Shown here: positions 46,892-57,423 of the stretch, one piece after another
How positions within the stretch are numbered: position 1 is the first letter of the stretch
Layout: each line of letters begins with the position of its first letter
Virus record (IMG/VR): IMGVR_UViG_3300028840_008185
Location: 62,001 to 126,000 of that record
Length of the DNA stretch: 64,000 nt
Reading direction: 5' to 3' (one strand)
Made by a program: the position numbers and the translations under genes
The notes under the pieces: generated by a model
Databases searched by the model: none
What the model saw: the letters and a program-made list of their open reading frames with translations, nothing else
Told to the model about the DNA's origin: nothing

Positions 46892-47928
46892 TTAAAACCT
46901 GGAATGTTCATACCAAAAGAACATGTCCTTTTGAAAGTTTGCTGTCTGATGTTTTGCAGCTCCTCCATCAAACTCTCTTCGTTCCATCTTGGCCTGGCCA
47001 AAACATCATACACAATCAACTTCTTGATGAATTCACAAACCAGGTCGGGCGTTCTTTTTGGAACGTCCCTGCTCCCCACATCACCGCCCAGAGCATAAAC
47101 CATCGTCATCCCAAGCGAATAATAATCCGACTCGGGGAGTAAAGGCATGCCCTTGATTTGCTCAGGTGGGGCAAAATGAGGAGTGTAGCCCAGACTCTTA
47201 GAGCTACTATTTGGTCTGACTACCGAAAGGCCATAATCTACGAGAACAACCGTATGACTACTGGGCTGAATAATAATGTTCTGTGGCTTCACGTCGCCAT
47301 GAACAGTGGCGTGATAGTGGAGATACATTAGGGCATTAAGGCATCTCTCAGTGATCCAGCATACGTGCTCTGCATCCAAGCCGCCGTTTTTCTCAATGAT
47401 TTGTTCCAGGGTTGGCCCAGGAATGTAGCTCATGACCAAGGCCAAGCTGCCGTCATCCAGCTTTAGAATATCTCTAATAGCCGGAATGGCAAAGTGCCTC
47501 AAATCCCAAATAGATTTTGCCTCTCCCATCAGGATTTCCTCATCCTGAGGAGAGATATTTGAGGCGTGCTTGATACAAACTGGAGTGCCCAAGCTCACAT
47601 GCTCGCCCTTGTATGTCTTTCCGAAGCCACCTTCAGCAATTTGCTCAAGGATTCTATAAGCCCCAACTACAGTTCCCTCAAGATCATCTTTGCCAGCATC
47701 ATACTTCTTGCGGGATTTGGCGTTAGATAATACTTGGTGAGCTTCATTGAGCTGCTTGGAAACTCTATCATCTTCGCACTTGTCGGGATGAAAGATTTTC
47801 ATCAAGGCTTTATATGCGGCTCCAATTACCTCTGGCCGTGCCCTCGGAGAAACCTCAAGCACGTCGTAATAATCCTTCTTACGGCTCGCCACGACCGACC
47901 TCCTTGTTTCTTTTGCATCCATTTTCAC
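46888..47928 (-). CDS. J-domain / Ser-Thr kinase fusion
   Basis: DYYDVL...FHPDK...RKKYD; IAEGGFGKTY, HGDVKPQN, DYGLS, APPEQ, DYYSLG. Confidence 0.9.
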   Translation of the reverse strand: MKMDAKETRRSVVASRKKDYYDVLEVSPRARPEVIGAAYKALMKIFHPDKCEDDRVSKQLNEAHQVLSNAKSRKKYDAGKDDLEGTVVGAYRILEQIAEGGFGKTYKGEHVSLGTPVCIKHASNISPQDEEILMGEAKSIWDLRHFAIPAIRDILKLDDGSLALVMSYIPGPTLEQIIEKNGGLDAEHVCWITERCLNALMYLHYHATVHGDVKPQNIIIQPSSHTVVLVDYGLSVVRPNSSSKSLGYTPHFAPPEQIKGMPLLPESDYYSLGMTMVYALGGDVGSRDVPKRTPDLVCEFIKKLIVYDVLARPRWNEESLMEELQNIRQQTFKRTCSFGMNIPGFK

Positions 47929-49909
47929 AGTCTATAACAACATCGCCGGTTTTGTTTAAGTGAAACCCCCGGCCATGACACTTGGCGCATGACTGAGCAA
48001 CACTTCCTCCAACCACATTGAGCTTGGACATATCAAAAAGATTGCCGCCCATTGACCCATCGTGGTAGTGCTTTCCATCAGTGTGCTCGGGAATGGTTTC
48101 ATCCATCATATAAGCACACTTATTTGGTGTGCATTGAATAATATAGACGCTGTGCGTCTTTATATCAACCTCTTTGAGATTTGGACAATACTTTGCGAGC
48201 CTTTCAAAAAGCTGCCTCTGCTCCGTGATGTTAAGCCAATGTTCGGGGAACGACAGGAACAAGCTCTTTACATCCTTCCTGACTTCCATCCGGTCGTATA
48301 GGCTCTCCAGGACACCACGACCCATGAACATTTCCATTTCGAGACTGTCATCTCTCAAATTGGGGCGTGTGTAGATATACACAGAAAGTTCAAACGGGTA
48401 ATCACGCATCATCTTCCTCGTCGGCAACGGGAGCATCCCAATCAGGATCTCGCTCAGGGTCATCCACAAACTCTATCTCATCCAGGGCCAGGTGAGCGTC
48501 TCCCCTCATTGCGGCCACAGACACATCCTCAATATCCATATCGCTGGGGTCTTCTTCGCTCCAGATAATTATTACCCTCTTCCACAATCCTTTATTTGGA
48601 TTCATAGACCTCCTCGACTTTCTTCTTTTGCGTGGCGGGAGAAGTTGTCTCCTCGTCCAAATAGTAATGGCCAAAGACCAGAACACCAATTATGAGCAGA
48701 AGCAGAAAGATGAATCGCCCATGAACCATCTGGTCATTTGATAGGCAATATTTACATCGCCCAGCCATTATTGGGATGCTGCTCCAGCAGTGGAAACATA
48801 GCTTTTTCATTCTGTTCCTGCCTTCTCCACTATGCCAAAGGCTATGCTTTGTGGAACGAACATCAACTCATCTTTGCCGTTGTCAAAAAAGGCGAAAGAC
48901 CAGTATGGCTTGGAATCAGTTGGAGGGACAACGCCCTTGAGCCTTCCAAACCACCTATTCTTGGCTCCATGATAGATGTATAGTATGACGTTCTTGCCGA
49001 CAAAATCTCCTAGTTCCAACGGCTTTGCGTTGTCTCTATAAACACTCATTTATACACCGTCCCGCCTCTGCTTATCACAACTATCTCGCCCTTCTTTGTC
49101 CCCGACAAACACTCGCAGAAATAAGTTCCCTTGTTTCGCGGGCTTAGGCGAAATATATCAACGCAGTATCCATGACAGGCATCGAGCGCGTCGTTAGTAT
49201 AGAAGGGCTCTTTCTTGGTTTCACGCACGGCCACTACGCAACTGGCCAGAAGGAAAGCCAAAATAATCAGTATCTTATACATCGAAGCACTCCTTAAGAA
49301 GACCAATAATCTTCTCCGCCATTTCTTTGTCCCTAACGATAAAGTATGAATATCGTTTATATGTGCCCCCTTGACTCTTGAAAGCAGCGAGCATCGTTTC
49401 TTCTGGCCCATACATCTCACCAGACCCCTCACGATCTTGAAACTTAAAAGCCAGTGCTGCCCAAGGCCCACCCTTTTTAAGGAGCCTCTTGTCTGTCTGC
49501 CTTCTCAGTTGGACACCAAGCTGGCTATATCCAACATCAAGCTCATCTATGGTTTCTGCTTGCAGGCCAGATGTTTTCCGCATCACCTTATCTTCCATTA
49601 GTCTTCCTCTGGTATAAAATAGCCAAGTTGCCCATGGGAGATGTGTTTATGATACATCAGTTTACGCTTATCACGCTTATCCTCTGGCTCCTCCCATACC
49701 CTCATCTCTATTCCTTTTTCCATGAGCGTGATCTCTAAACTATGACGGTCATCAAGTTTTCTCGAAACAGTATCGTCATCTACAACCCATTTGTATTGAG
49801 ACAAATTCTCACTCCTCGTCTTCCTCGTCCTCTTCCACGAGACAAACAACGTCTTCCAATTTGGCAACAACAACGTTCTCAGGTGCTCCAAGACCAAGTG
49901 GAATAGCAT
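47879..49909 (-). CDS. Run of hypothetical proteins (47879-48469, 48402-48602, 48592-48810, 48807-49049, 49046-49282, 49275-49598, 49598-49909)
   Basis: Coupled small ORFs; some Cys-rich or exported. Confidence 0.5.
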
Positions 49910-50096
49910 TGTCTATAAGATAGACAATCTCATCACCTTCGTCTATGCCGAGGTCATCAGAGGCCACCACTCTTCCCCTGCCAAAAAAGGGAGTGGATTT
50001 ATTAACCACTTTGATTGGCCCATCATCAGCGGCACCTTCTTCTAACTTCTCGATAATAATGAACTCACCCACAGCTTCAAGCTTTTTAAGGTCCAT
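49809..50096 (-). CDS. groES: GroES-like co-chaperonin
   Basis: LEAVGEFIIIEK...GRVVA...EGDEIVY...LEDVV pattern. Confidence 0.7.
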   Translation of the reverse strand: MDLKKLEAVGEFIIIEKLEEGAADDGPIKVVNKSTPFFGRGRVVASDDLGIDEGDEIVYLIDNAIPLGLGAPENVVVAKLEDVVCLVEEDEEDEE

Positions 50097-50375
50097 TTCT
50101 TTCTCCTTGCCTTATTCCTAAGCTCGCAGAGCTTATTGTGATCAATCTTCTCTCCACATACCAGACAAGACCAGTTGTCTAAGTAGTCTTTATATAGAGC
50201 GTAATGTAGCCCTCCATTACACTTATTTTTTAACACTTTTAAAACCCCCAAATATCTTTACATGCTTGTAGCTTAAATATTTGTGGTAAACCCTGCTGCT
50301 CACAAAGACCAGAAAAACAGCGAGTAGAAGGGCGGCGGCAATGCCGCCAAAAAACAACAACATGGCATCTTCCAT

Positions 50376-50810
50376 CTAGCTTTCCTTTAAGTCTAACATA
50401 GATCTAACCATCAGATCATAAACCCTCATATCAACATTGTGTTTGGTAAATACATAACGAGCCCTCGACAAAAGGTCTTCCTCAACTTTAAGGAACCACT
50501 CGTTACTCTCTTCCTCAGCTTCAAGGTTGTCGTTATTACTTGGGTGCATTAACTTTTGGAAAACAGGGGACTTGGCGAAGTTCACAAGCTCATCCAGCTC
50601 CTCTTCATCAAATCTATTCGCAAGTCTCTTGGCATGACCTTCGATTAGAAAGGAGTAGTCAAGATCCGCGAACAGTTCAGTCCAAGCAACTGCCGGGGCT
50701 TGAGGGGCCATACTATAGTGCATTTGAACCATCATATCAATGATGTCATCCTTGAACCCAATTTCCTCAAGATACTTAAGAGCTTTGCTGAGTTTCGGGT
50801 CGCTTTCCAT
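50376..50810 (-). CDS. DUF2059-like helical protein
   Basis: FDEEELDELVNFAKSPVFQKL. Confidence 0.6.
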   Translation of the reverse strand: MESDPKLSKALKYLEEIGFKDDIIDMMVQMHYSMAPQAPAVAWTELFADLDYSFLIEGHAKRLANRFDEEELDELVNFAKSPVFQKLMHPSNNDNLEAEEESNEWFLKVEEDLLSRARYVFTKHNVDMRVYDLMVRSMLDLKES

Positions 50811-50821
50811 TAATCCTCCTG

Positions 50822-52733
50822 TTAATCCTCGACCGAGATATAAAAATCGATCTTCTTACCTTCTCTATCAAAACACTTACATTTGCCAAAAGTTCCGTGG
50901 ACATCACGGAACATGAAAGTAGATCCCACATTGTCGGATTGCTTTTGCTTGCACATCTGTTTGCATCTGGCCCTCAGGCTGTTGTAGTTTTTACCGCAGT
51001 CAGAGCACCCCGATGTTGCCAAAACCAAGACAACTAAAACAGCTTTCCAAAACATTTCTCCTCCTTCAAGTTGCACACATTATAGGCAACATCACGCACA
51101 GTGCAACTACAACAAACATAAAAATAAAAGGGAGCCAGTCTCTACACCATTCGCCCATTTTACCTCTTTTAATCAGCGACCATACACCACTCATTAGAGT
51201 AGTCTTTGATTTCTTTGGCTTTCTCTCTTATCTCATCCGCAGTCCAGAGCAAAGCCTCCTTGTTTCCACCTGCTAAATTATGAACAAAGCGAGTGGGGGT
51301 CAAGGGGCTTTTTGGCCCCGATGCAGCAAGAACGGCGACAAGAATATGACTACACCCAGTTGCCAATATTCTTGCAGTCTCAGCTTCATCGATGTCTGGG
51401 TCGGCTAAGTATGCATCTAAAGTATATACGACTACGGCAACATTATCGACTTCCGCCGCAAAGGCTCTTTTTAGATAGAGTTTAACCGATTCCCTGTGGC
51501 TTCGAATTACATAATCTTCTGGATTCATTGTCCTTTTACCGACACCAGAAGAAACCCACTTGCAACATTTATCGGGCAGGACTATGTAGGCTTGACCTGG
51601 CTGGCGACAAGAACTCCAATCGAACTTCTCTACTTCCTCGTACAAAACGCGCAGGAAATCCATTTGGTCTTGCCACCAAACCTTTGTGCCTACCGTTCCT
51701 TCTTCCTGAAAGGCTGTCAAGATGTCAGCGAATCCAATTTTAGTTCCCATGCAACCACCTCCTTATACAGCCAATTCTCAAGTAGCCTGAAAAGACGCGA
51801 ATCAAATTTGGTCATCACCGTGGCGCCAAAGTTCAAATAAGATCTACTATCAAAGGCGCCGCAGGCTGCGCTTCGCCGCTTGGAAAGAATACAAATTTCT
51901 ATATCCATGCGGGCTGCCCCCATTTCTTTTCCCAAAAACCATCATGAACGGTATTAACTACCGTATGCGAAAGCTCACCCAAAAGTGGAGCCATCAAGGG
52001 ATAGAAAGGGTTGCCATTGAAACCCACCCAACTACAATAGCCGACCTGATTATGTATCCTCCCCTTGTTCGGGCTCATCATCTCCAGTTTCATCTTCTTC
52101 CTCAAGCTCAGCCAAGTAGTCCTCGGTTCGCATCTTTCTTTGTCTTTTCTCACGCTTATCTTTATGTGGGCCAGCTTTACCGTGAAGCCCCTGTTCTTCT
52201 CTACTTATCTTCTTCAATGCTTTTAGTCTGTCCCACTTCTTTTTCTTAGCCATTTCTTCTACCCGGTATTTTCATTTTCGAAAGAACCAATCTTCTTATT
52301 TCATTGCCGGCAGGCAACCAAGCACTAACAAGCTTTTTCCTAATTACTTCCCACAAAGGAACAGAGATATAATCCTCGATTTCTGGATTGTATCTTCCTC
52401 GCAGACAAATCATTTGCGTCCATACTTTCTTATCACATCGGCTATGCCGTCGGCTTCCACTTCCTCTAATTTATCACCGGCCAACTCAGCTGCTTCTTTC
52501 TTAATGCTCTCGGCGTCACCTTCTTCAATATCTCCAGATAGTTGCCCGTAATTGATTAGGTCTTCGCCCATCCTAAACATAGACACAGCGACATCTCTAA
52601 AGGTAAATCCCATTTCTAAAGCCTTCGATACAATAAAAAGGCTGGCCATAGCGCAGAAGGTCTTGAACTTTTTCTCATTGGTTTGTGGCTCTGTGCGATC
52701 CTCATACGGAATCTTGGTCATTATCATCTCCAA
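50822..52733 (-). CDS. Hypothetical proteins incl. lipoprotein 50822-51076, 51169-51750, microproteins 51717-51908 and 51899-52153, 52050-52253, 52410-52733
   Basis: Coupled ORFs. Confidence 0.5.
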
Positions 52734-53235
52734 ACAAATCTTCTAAATATCTCCACATCTTAGCAACTCTAGGATCCATTTCCTCCGTGCTGTGAAGTGC
52801 GTTATAAAAACCTGGCCACTCCTTCTTATACATATCAAAGAAGCCAGAGTCGGTGCCTTTGGAAAATTCCATGTTCGCTATTCGGTCAGCAAGCTTCAAC
52901 GCCAGAGCATCTCTGGACTGCCTGATTTTCGCATAGGTTTTCTCGTGTCTTTCTTTGCGGTTCCTTCCCATCTCGTTGGTCACGGCATAAACGATGTCCG
53001 CAATTTCCTGACCAAACCCACACTTGATTTGGTCGTAGGAAATTTTTGTATCCTCGATTACATCATGTAGCCACGCCGCAGTCCTGAGCCTGAAATCTTC
53101 CACAAAGCCAAATCTATTTAGGGCCATCTCTACTTGTTCGAGGTGATAGGTATAATCGTGGGTGCCGTATTTCTGCTTACAGTGAGCAACCTCACCAAAC
53201 CATTTAGCTTTTTCACGAAGGTCTTTCCAACACAT
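52702..53235 (-). CDS. HD-domain hydrolase, Mesh1/SpoT-like
   Basis: YTYHL, AAWLHDVIEDT, LKLADRIANM. Confidence 0.85.
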   Translation of the reverse strand: MCWKDLREKAKWFGEVAHCKQKYGTHDYTYHLEQVEMALNRFGFVEDFRLRTAAWLHDVIEDTKISYDQIKCGFGQEIADIVYAVTNEMGRNRKERHEKTYAKIRQSRDALALKLADRIANMEFSKGTDSGFFDMYKKEWPGFYNALHSTEEMDPRVAKMWRYLEDLFGDDNDQDSV

Positions 53236-53401
53236 TTTTGATTCTCCATTTTTCTACAGCAAACCTATACCCGCACCGATTTCTAAGCTGGTCCCACATA
53301 ATTGACCAATATTGATCCCAATGATCAGGATTAGCAATATAAGTACTTATGGAACCCCATCTCTGTTCCTTTCTCTTCCAAAAATCAGTATTTATTTCCA
53401 T
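53213..53401 (-). CDS. MEI microprotein
   Basis: MEINTDFW...WDQYWSIMWDQLRNR. Confidence 0.55.
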   Translation of the reverse strand: MEINTDFWKRKEQRWGSISTYIANPDHWDQYWSIMWDQLRNRCGYRFAVEKWRIKNVLERPS

Positions 53402-54256
53402 CTATCTCTTCTCCAAGACAAACAGCTCAGACCTCATCGGCATCACACTATCCACATATTTCTCTGAGTGGCTGGATAGGATGCGCCAGTTTAGATTTTC
53501 CAGGCGCCTGAACAAAGGATCGGGCATCAATATATCATATTGAAATTCCGTAATCTTCCGCCCGCCACAGGTGGTCACATTAATCACGGAAACTGTTTGA
53601 GATGTATTATGTATCGCTTCAGCGATTTGGTCAAGCAACTTATTTGTGATGATACACATCAGGTCGAAATCATAGACCGAAAACTTCTTATCTGTTTCTT
53701 CAAGGAAGTCAAATATATCTTCCGCGTGAAACGAGACGCTCGCCGCTGGGGCGAAGTGTCTCTTGAGCATGAACATGAAAGCCATCATCTCTACGCTTCT
53801 CTCACAGGCATCTACGGAGTCATAGTTCCTTGCTGCCATGAGAATCTGACTTGCTGGGAGGCCAACATAATTGGCCTCTTCTTCCACAAACATATCAACC
53901 ATCAGCTCGAACTTGCTATAAACCAAGTCTTTGCCGTATCTTGCGATGAGTCTATTATCAAACGGTTGACCGCTGAAAGAGGAAGCCGCCATGGGTTTCC
54001 TCTTGCCCGCCTTCAAAGATCTATAGTGAGTCTGGATGGTCGCTTCCGTCAGACTAATCCCATACTCGGCCAACCGTGCTTGCGCTTTTGTGGCCCACCG
54101 ACGATATTTTCCTAGCACTGATCGGATGTATTCCTCGAATATGATTTGGTTAATCACCATATTGCGAGTGGTGGAATCTACCCAGTTCTGTATGGGCAAA
54201 TTCCTGCTACTGCGTTTTTGACCAGTTTCCATTTTGTTTCCCGCGATTTCAAGCAC
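53402..54256 (-). CDS. Hypothetical protein, possible N-terminal DNA-binding helices plus methyltransferase-like Rossmann domain
   Basis: DSVDACE, AEDIFDF, YDFDL pattern; weak. Confidence 0.4.
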   Translation of the reverse strand: MLEIAGNKMETGQKRSSRNLPIQNWVDSTTRNMVINQIIFEEYIRSVLGKYRRWATKAQARLAEYGISLTEATIQTHYRSLKAGKRKPMAASSFSGQPFDNRLIARYGKDLVYSKFELMVDMFVEEEANYVGLPASQILMAARNYDSVDACERSVEMMAFMFMLKRHFAPAASVSFHAEDIFDFLEETDKKFSVYDFDLMCIITNKLLDQIAEAIHNTSQTVSVINVTTCGGRKITEFQYDILMPDPLFRRLENLNWRILSSHSEKYVDSVMPMRSELFVLEKR

Positions 54257-54328
54257 TTAGAACTTTTCGCTTGACGATTTGGATTTACGAATTAAGTTGA
54301 TCATAGAAGCCCAGAGAAGTATATACAT

Positions 54329-55309
54329 TTAACAAATGAAGAACTTTAGTACATAGCCCACCAACCAACAAAGACCTACAGCGCCTCCTATAACACCTGC
54401 CGTAAAAACTCCAGCAAGTAAGGTTCCCTTAACGCTATTTATTCTATCACGCCGCACACGAGCATAGTGCTCAGGATACTCTTTCCTATCTCGCCTCTCC
54501 CTTTCCCGCGCTTCTCGCCTCTCCCTGATTTTTTCTGGTATTTTAAAGAGAGAGATAAAGCCGTGGATTAAGTATGAGAAACCAAGCGATAAAATACCAC
54601 ACCAAACCAGAAACATAAAACCCCATACGACCGTGGGATTCTTACTGGTAGAACAAGTATCGGCGGGCATAAAAGAAACATTTATAATTCCGGCAACAAG
54701 CCCTAAAACTATTCCTGCTACTTTGGTCCTAAAATGCATTGGTCTTTCCTTAAAACTTGAATGTTGGATACTCGACGCTTGTTTTCTTAACGGAGCCTGT
54801 AGATCTTTCTACCCATCCCGATTTGAATTCTCTTATTATTACCTTGCCTTTGGGACTAATGCCTACCACCACTCCCTCACATTTTATATTACCTCTCCTA
54901 CTTGTTTTCCAAAATTCTATCGCATCACCGACTTTTATTTCCTCATCCATTACCAATCCTCCGGAAGCGGGCCAAGAATATCCGCAAGGCTCTCGCCAGT
55001 TTCCTCGCCCCATTGTTCTCTTGGAGCTAATCGCTGGCCAGAAGAATTGTAGTCTGCCCCACACTCACAAGTATTCGTGAAGCCATCACAATAAACTTCC
55101 TCACCGCAATCACACTCAACGAGAGTATATCCTGGAACTACATGTGAATACTCAATTGTTTCCCTTCTCCAATACCCATCGCAGTTAGGATTGGGACACG
55201 GCCTCTCAGTCAAATCTTTCGTATTTCCACAACCACACTTATCACATCCAACATGCTCTTCTTCATATTCATGTAGTTTGGAAGCCACACGCTCAATCAC
55301 TTTAGACAT
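54329..55309 (-). CDS. Hypothetical proteins (TM 54329-54739; 54750-55064; Cys-rich 54950-55309)
   Basis: TM helices; multiple CxxC. Confidence 0.5.
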
Positions 55310-55871
55310 TTTTCTTATCTCCGTCCAGAATTAAGCACTCAAATGGAATATCATCGGACAATACAATTCTATCATCCGCACTCTTATAGAACTTCACACC
55401 TTTATACCTGGCGTGAGATATAGCCACCTCAATCAATACTACATGCCTGCTGCGCCTACGAGCAGCCTCAATAGTAATGTCTTTGTCGTATGATAAATGA
55501 ACCTTCTGCCTGTTCATAGCACAGAGTCCAGATTTCTTGATGTCTTTTAGAGCTTCTTCTGTGGTCGCATGATAAATAGGCTTATCAGGCAAAATCTCTG
55601 TGTAGCCCTCGACCTCAATCGAATGCCCATGACCAGCTCTAATATAGCCCCCCTCTAACTCAAACCTCGTCTTAACTTTTGGATCCTTAGACGGACGGGT
55701 TAGAGAAATAACATCTTGTTTTGATACACTAAACTTCATCTTGGCGTTTAGCTTTTTCAACAGGTCATCCAGTTTGCAGCACCCTCTTGAATCCAGCTCC
55801 AAATCGCCCGGCTTGTGCCGAAGCAGCAAGCTCATATATTTAGACAGCTTTTTCTTATCCTGGGATTTCAT
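55302..55871 (-). CDS. kptA: RNA 2'-phosphotransferase Tpt1/KptA
   Basis: MSLLLRH, RFE, IRAGHGHSI, YHAT, MNRQKVHLS. Confidence 0.92.
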   Translation of the reverse strand: MKSQDKKKLSKYMSLLLRHKPGDLELDSRGCCKLDDLLKKLNAKMKFSVSKQDVISLTRPSKDPKVKTRFELEGGYIRAGHGHSIEVEGYTEILPDKPIYHATTEEALKDIKKSGLCAMNRQKVHLSYDKDITIEAARRRSRHVVLIEVAISHARYKGVKFYKSADDRIVLSDDIPFECLILDGDKKNV

Positions 55872-56599
55872 TAGACCCTCTCCTAAATACCCTTTTACTG
55901 TTAAGTTTCATAGTTTCATCATGGACACGACTGCTCAAAAAGTTATGAGATGTATAAATGTGTCGGAGGATGTGTATCCCTTCACAATAATAGACAGAGT
56001 GCCAATGAACAAAGGCACCCTGAAATGCATTGGCTTTTCTAGGCTTTATCATACTTCACAAACACCGGATTGGGGTGCTCCCTCATCTCTGTCCGTTTCT
56101 TATACTCAATCCACTCAATCCTGGGCAGAAGAGCTTGTCCATTTCTTTTGATGAGCACATGATGAGGTCCGATTTTAGAAATCTCGTTGTCCGCCTCACA
56201 TCTCCAGCATTTCTTTCTGCTACATCTATAGCCCACAAAGTATTGTTTTTGTTTGTTTCCAGTCTTCTTGTCCTCTACTTCGGCCAAGAAAGAGACATGA
56301 ACAAGAGTTAGAGGAGCCTCTCCATCACACCAGCCCGTAAAATGATAGTCTGGATGCCAGCCGAGTTGCTCCCCATTCTCAAAAGCACGAGCGATTTCAT
56401 CAAAAGTTAGTGGCTTCATTTTTTATCCTTGATTATAAACCGAAATGACATGACGCCGAAACCGCACCACCTCTTCGTCCCAGAGCTGAGACTTTAAGTT
56501 GCCACCAAATATATCACTTAAACTAAAAAGAAAGGGAAGGGCAGGAATCCAGACCGAAGCAGTAACCATGTTTCTATTGCGCCGCTCGATTATTTTCAT
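55855..56599 (-). CDS. Small proteins 55855-56052, 56039-56419, 56423-56599
   Basis: MIKP and MKII starts; coupled. Confidence 0.5.
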
Positions 56600-56775
56600 A
56601 TTATTTTCCTGAGCTGCCCCCAAAGTTGAGACTCAAGCCGACTCCAAAGCTGATTCCCAAGCTGAGGTTCAAACTGAAACCCAAGCTGAAACCTAATCTG
56701 AGCCTCAACCTGAGCCTGAGCCTCAACCTGAACCTGAGCCCAAAGCCGACTCTTAGGCTGAGATCTTATTTCCAT
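56596..56775 (-). CDS. 59-aa tetrad-repeat microprotein
   Basis: MEIRSQPKSRLWAQVQVEAQAQVEAQIRFQLGFQFEPQLGNQLWSRLESQLWGQLRKII; degenerate 12-nt repeat. Confidence 0.7.
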   Translation of the reverse strand: MEIRSQPKSRLWAQVQVEAQAQVEAQIRFQLGFQFEPQLGNQLWSRLESQLWGQLRKII

Positions 56776-57423
56776 TTACTTTTTCCTGCAAACATAGATG
56801 TCAGTATTCCTATTAGGGCGTAGAACTTCAACGTCCAGTGTCGGAGAGAGCCAGTCCATAAACTCATCTGGAGAAATCCAAGCGAAACTCGTATAATGAG
56901 GCTCGCATCCCTCTCTCATCTGGAAGTGATGGACAACATTACCAACCGTATAGTAGCACTCGGCCACAACATCTTCATTCGCAGCCTTGTAGCCTTTGAA
57001 AGTAGGATCCTCCGGCGGACGATAATGAAAGGTATTGAACACAAACCTCCCGCCATCCTTTAGGCGCTTGTGAATTATAGTAGCCGATAGTCTGGTAAGC
57101 CAGTAATTAACTGCCTGTTGGCTGAAAATCGTATCCCATTTGACAATCGATTGACCAAGAAAACAACCAACACTGCTATTTACAAGATCGATGCAATGCT
57201 TTTTCAAGCCCTCTTCATCAGCCATATTTATATCAGCATCCACCACATTTATGATTCCAGCACCACGCTTACGAGCAGCAATAGCAAGACGGCCAGAACC
57301 ACCGCACAGATCCAAAACAGATTCGCCCTCTTTCAACTCAGCCGCATCGAGCAGAGGATCCGGGGATCTTTCCAAGTATCGTTCATACAAAAGCTCGTAG
57401 CTTTTTTTATCTAAGTAGTTCAT
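56776..57423 (-). CDS. Class I SAM-dependent methyltransferase
   Basis: VLDLCGGSG, VVDAD, FSQQAVNY, LKDGGRFVF. Confidence 0.85.
   Translation of the reverse strand: MNYLDKKSYELLYERYLERSPDPLLDAAELKEGESVLDLCGGSGRLAIAARKRGAGIINVVDADINMADEEGLKKHCIDLVNSSVGCFLGQSIVKWDTIFSQQAVNYWLTRLSATIIHKRLKDGGRFVFNTFHYRPPEDPTFKGYKAANEDVVAECYYTVGNVVHHFQMREGCEPHYTSFAWISPDEFMDWLSPTLDVEVLRPNRNTDIYVCRKK

Noticed and set aside
56620-56765. Repeat region as CRISPR array or plus-strand LKPKL protein
   Set aside because: No repeat-spacer structure; the repeats are explained by the coupled minus-strand ORF 56596-56775.
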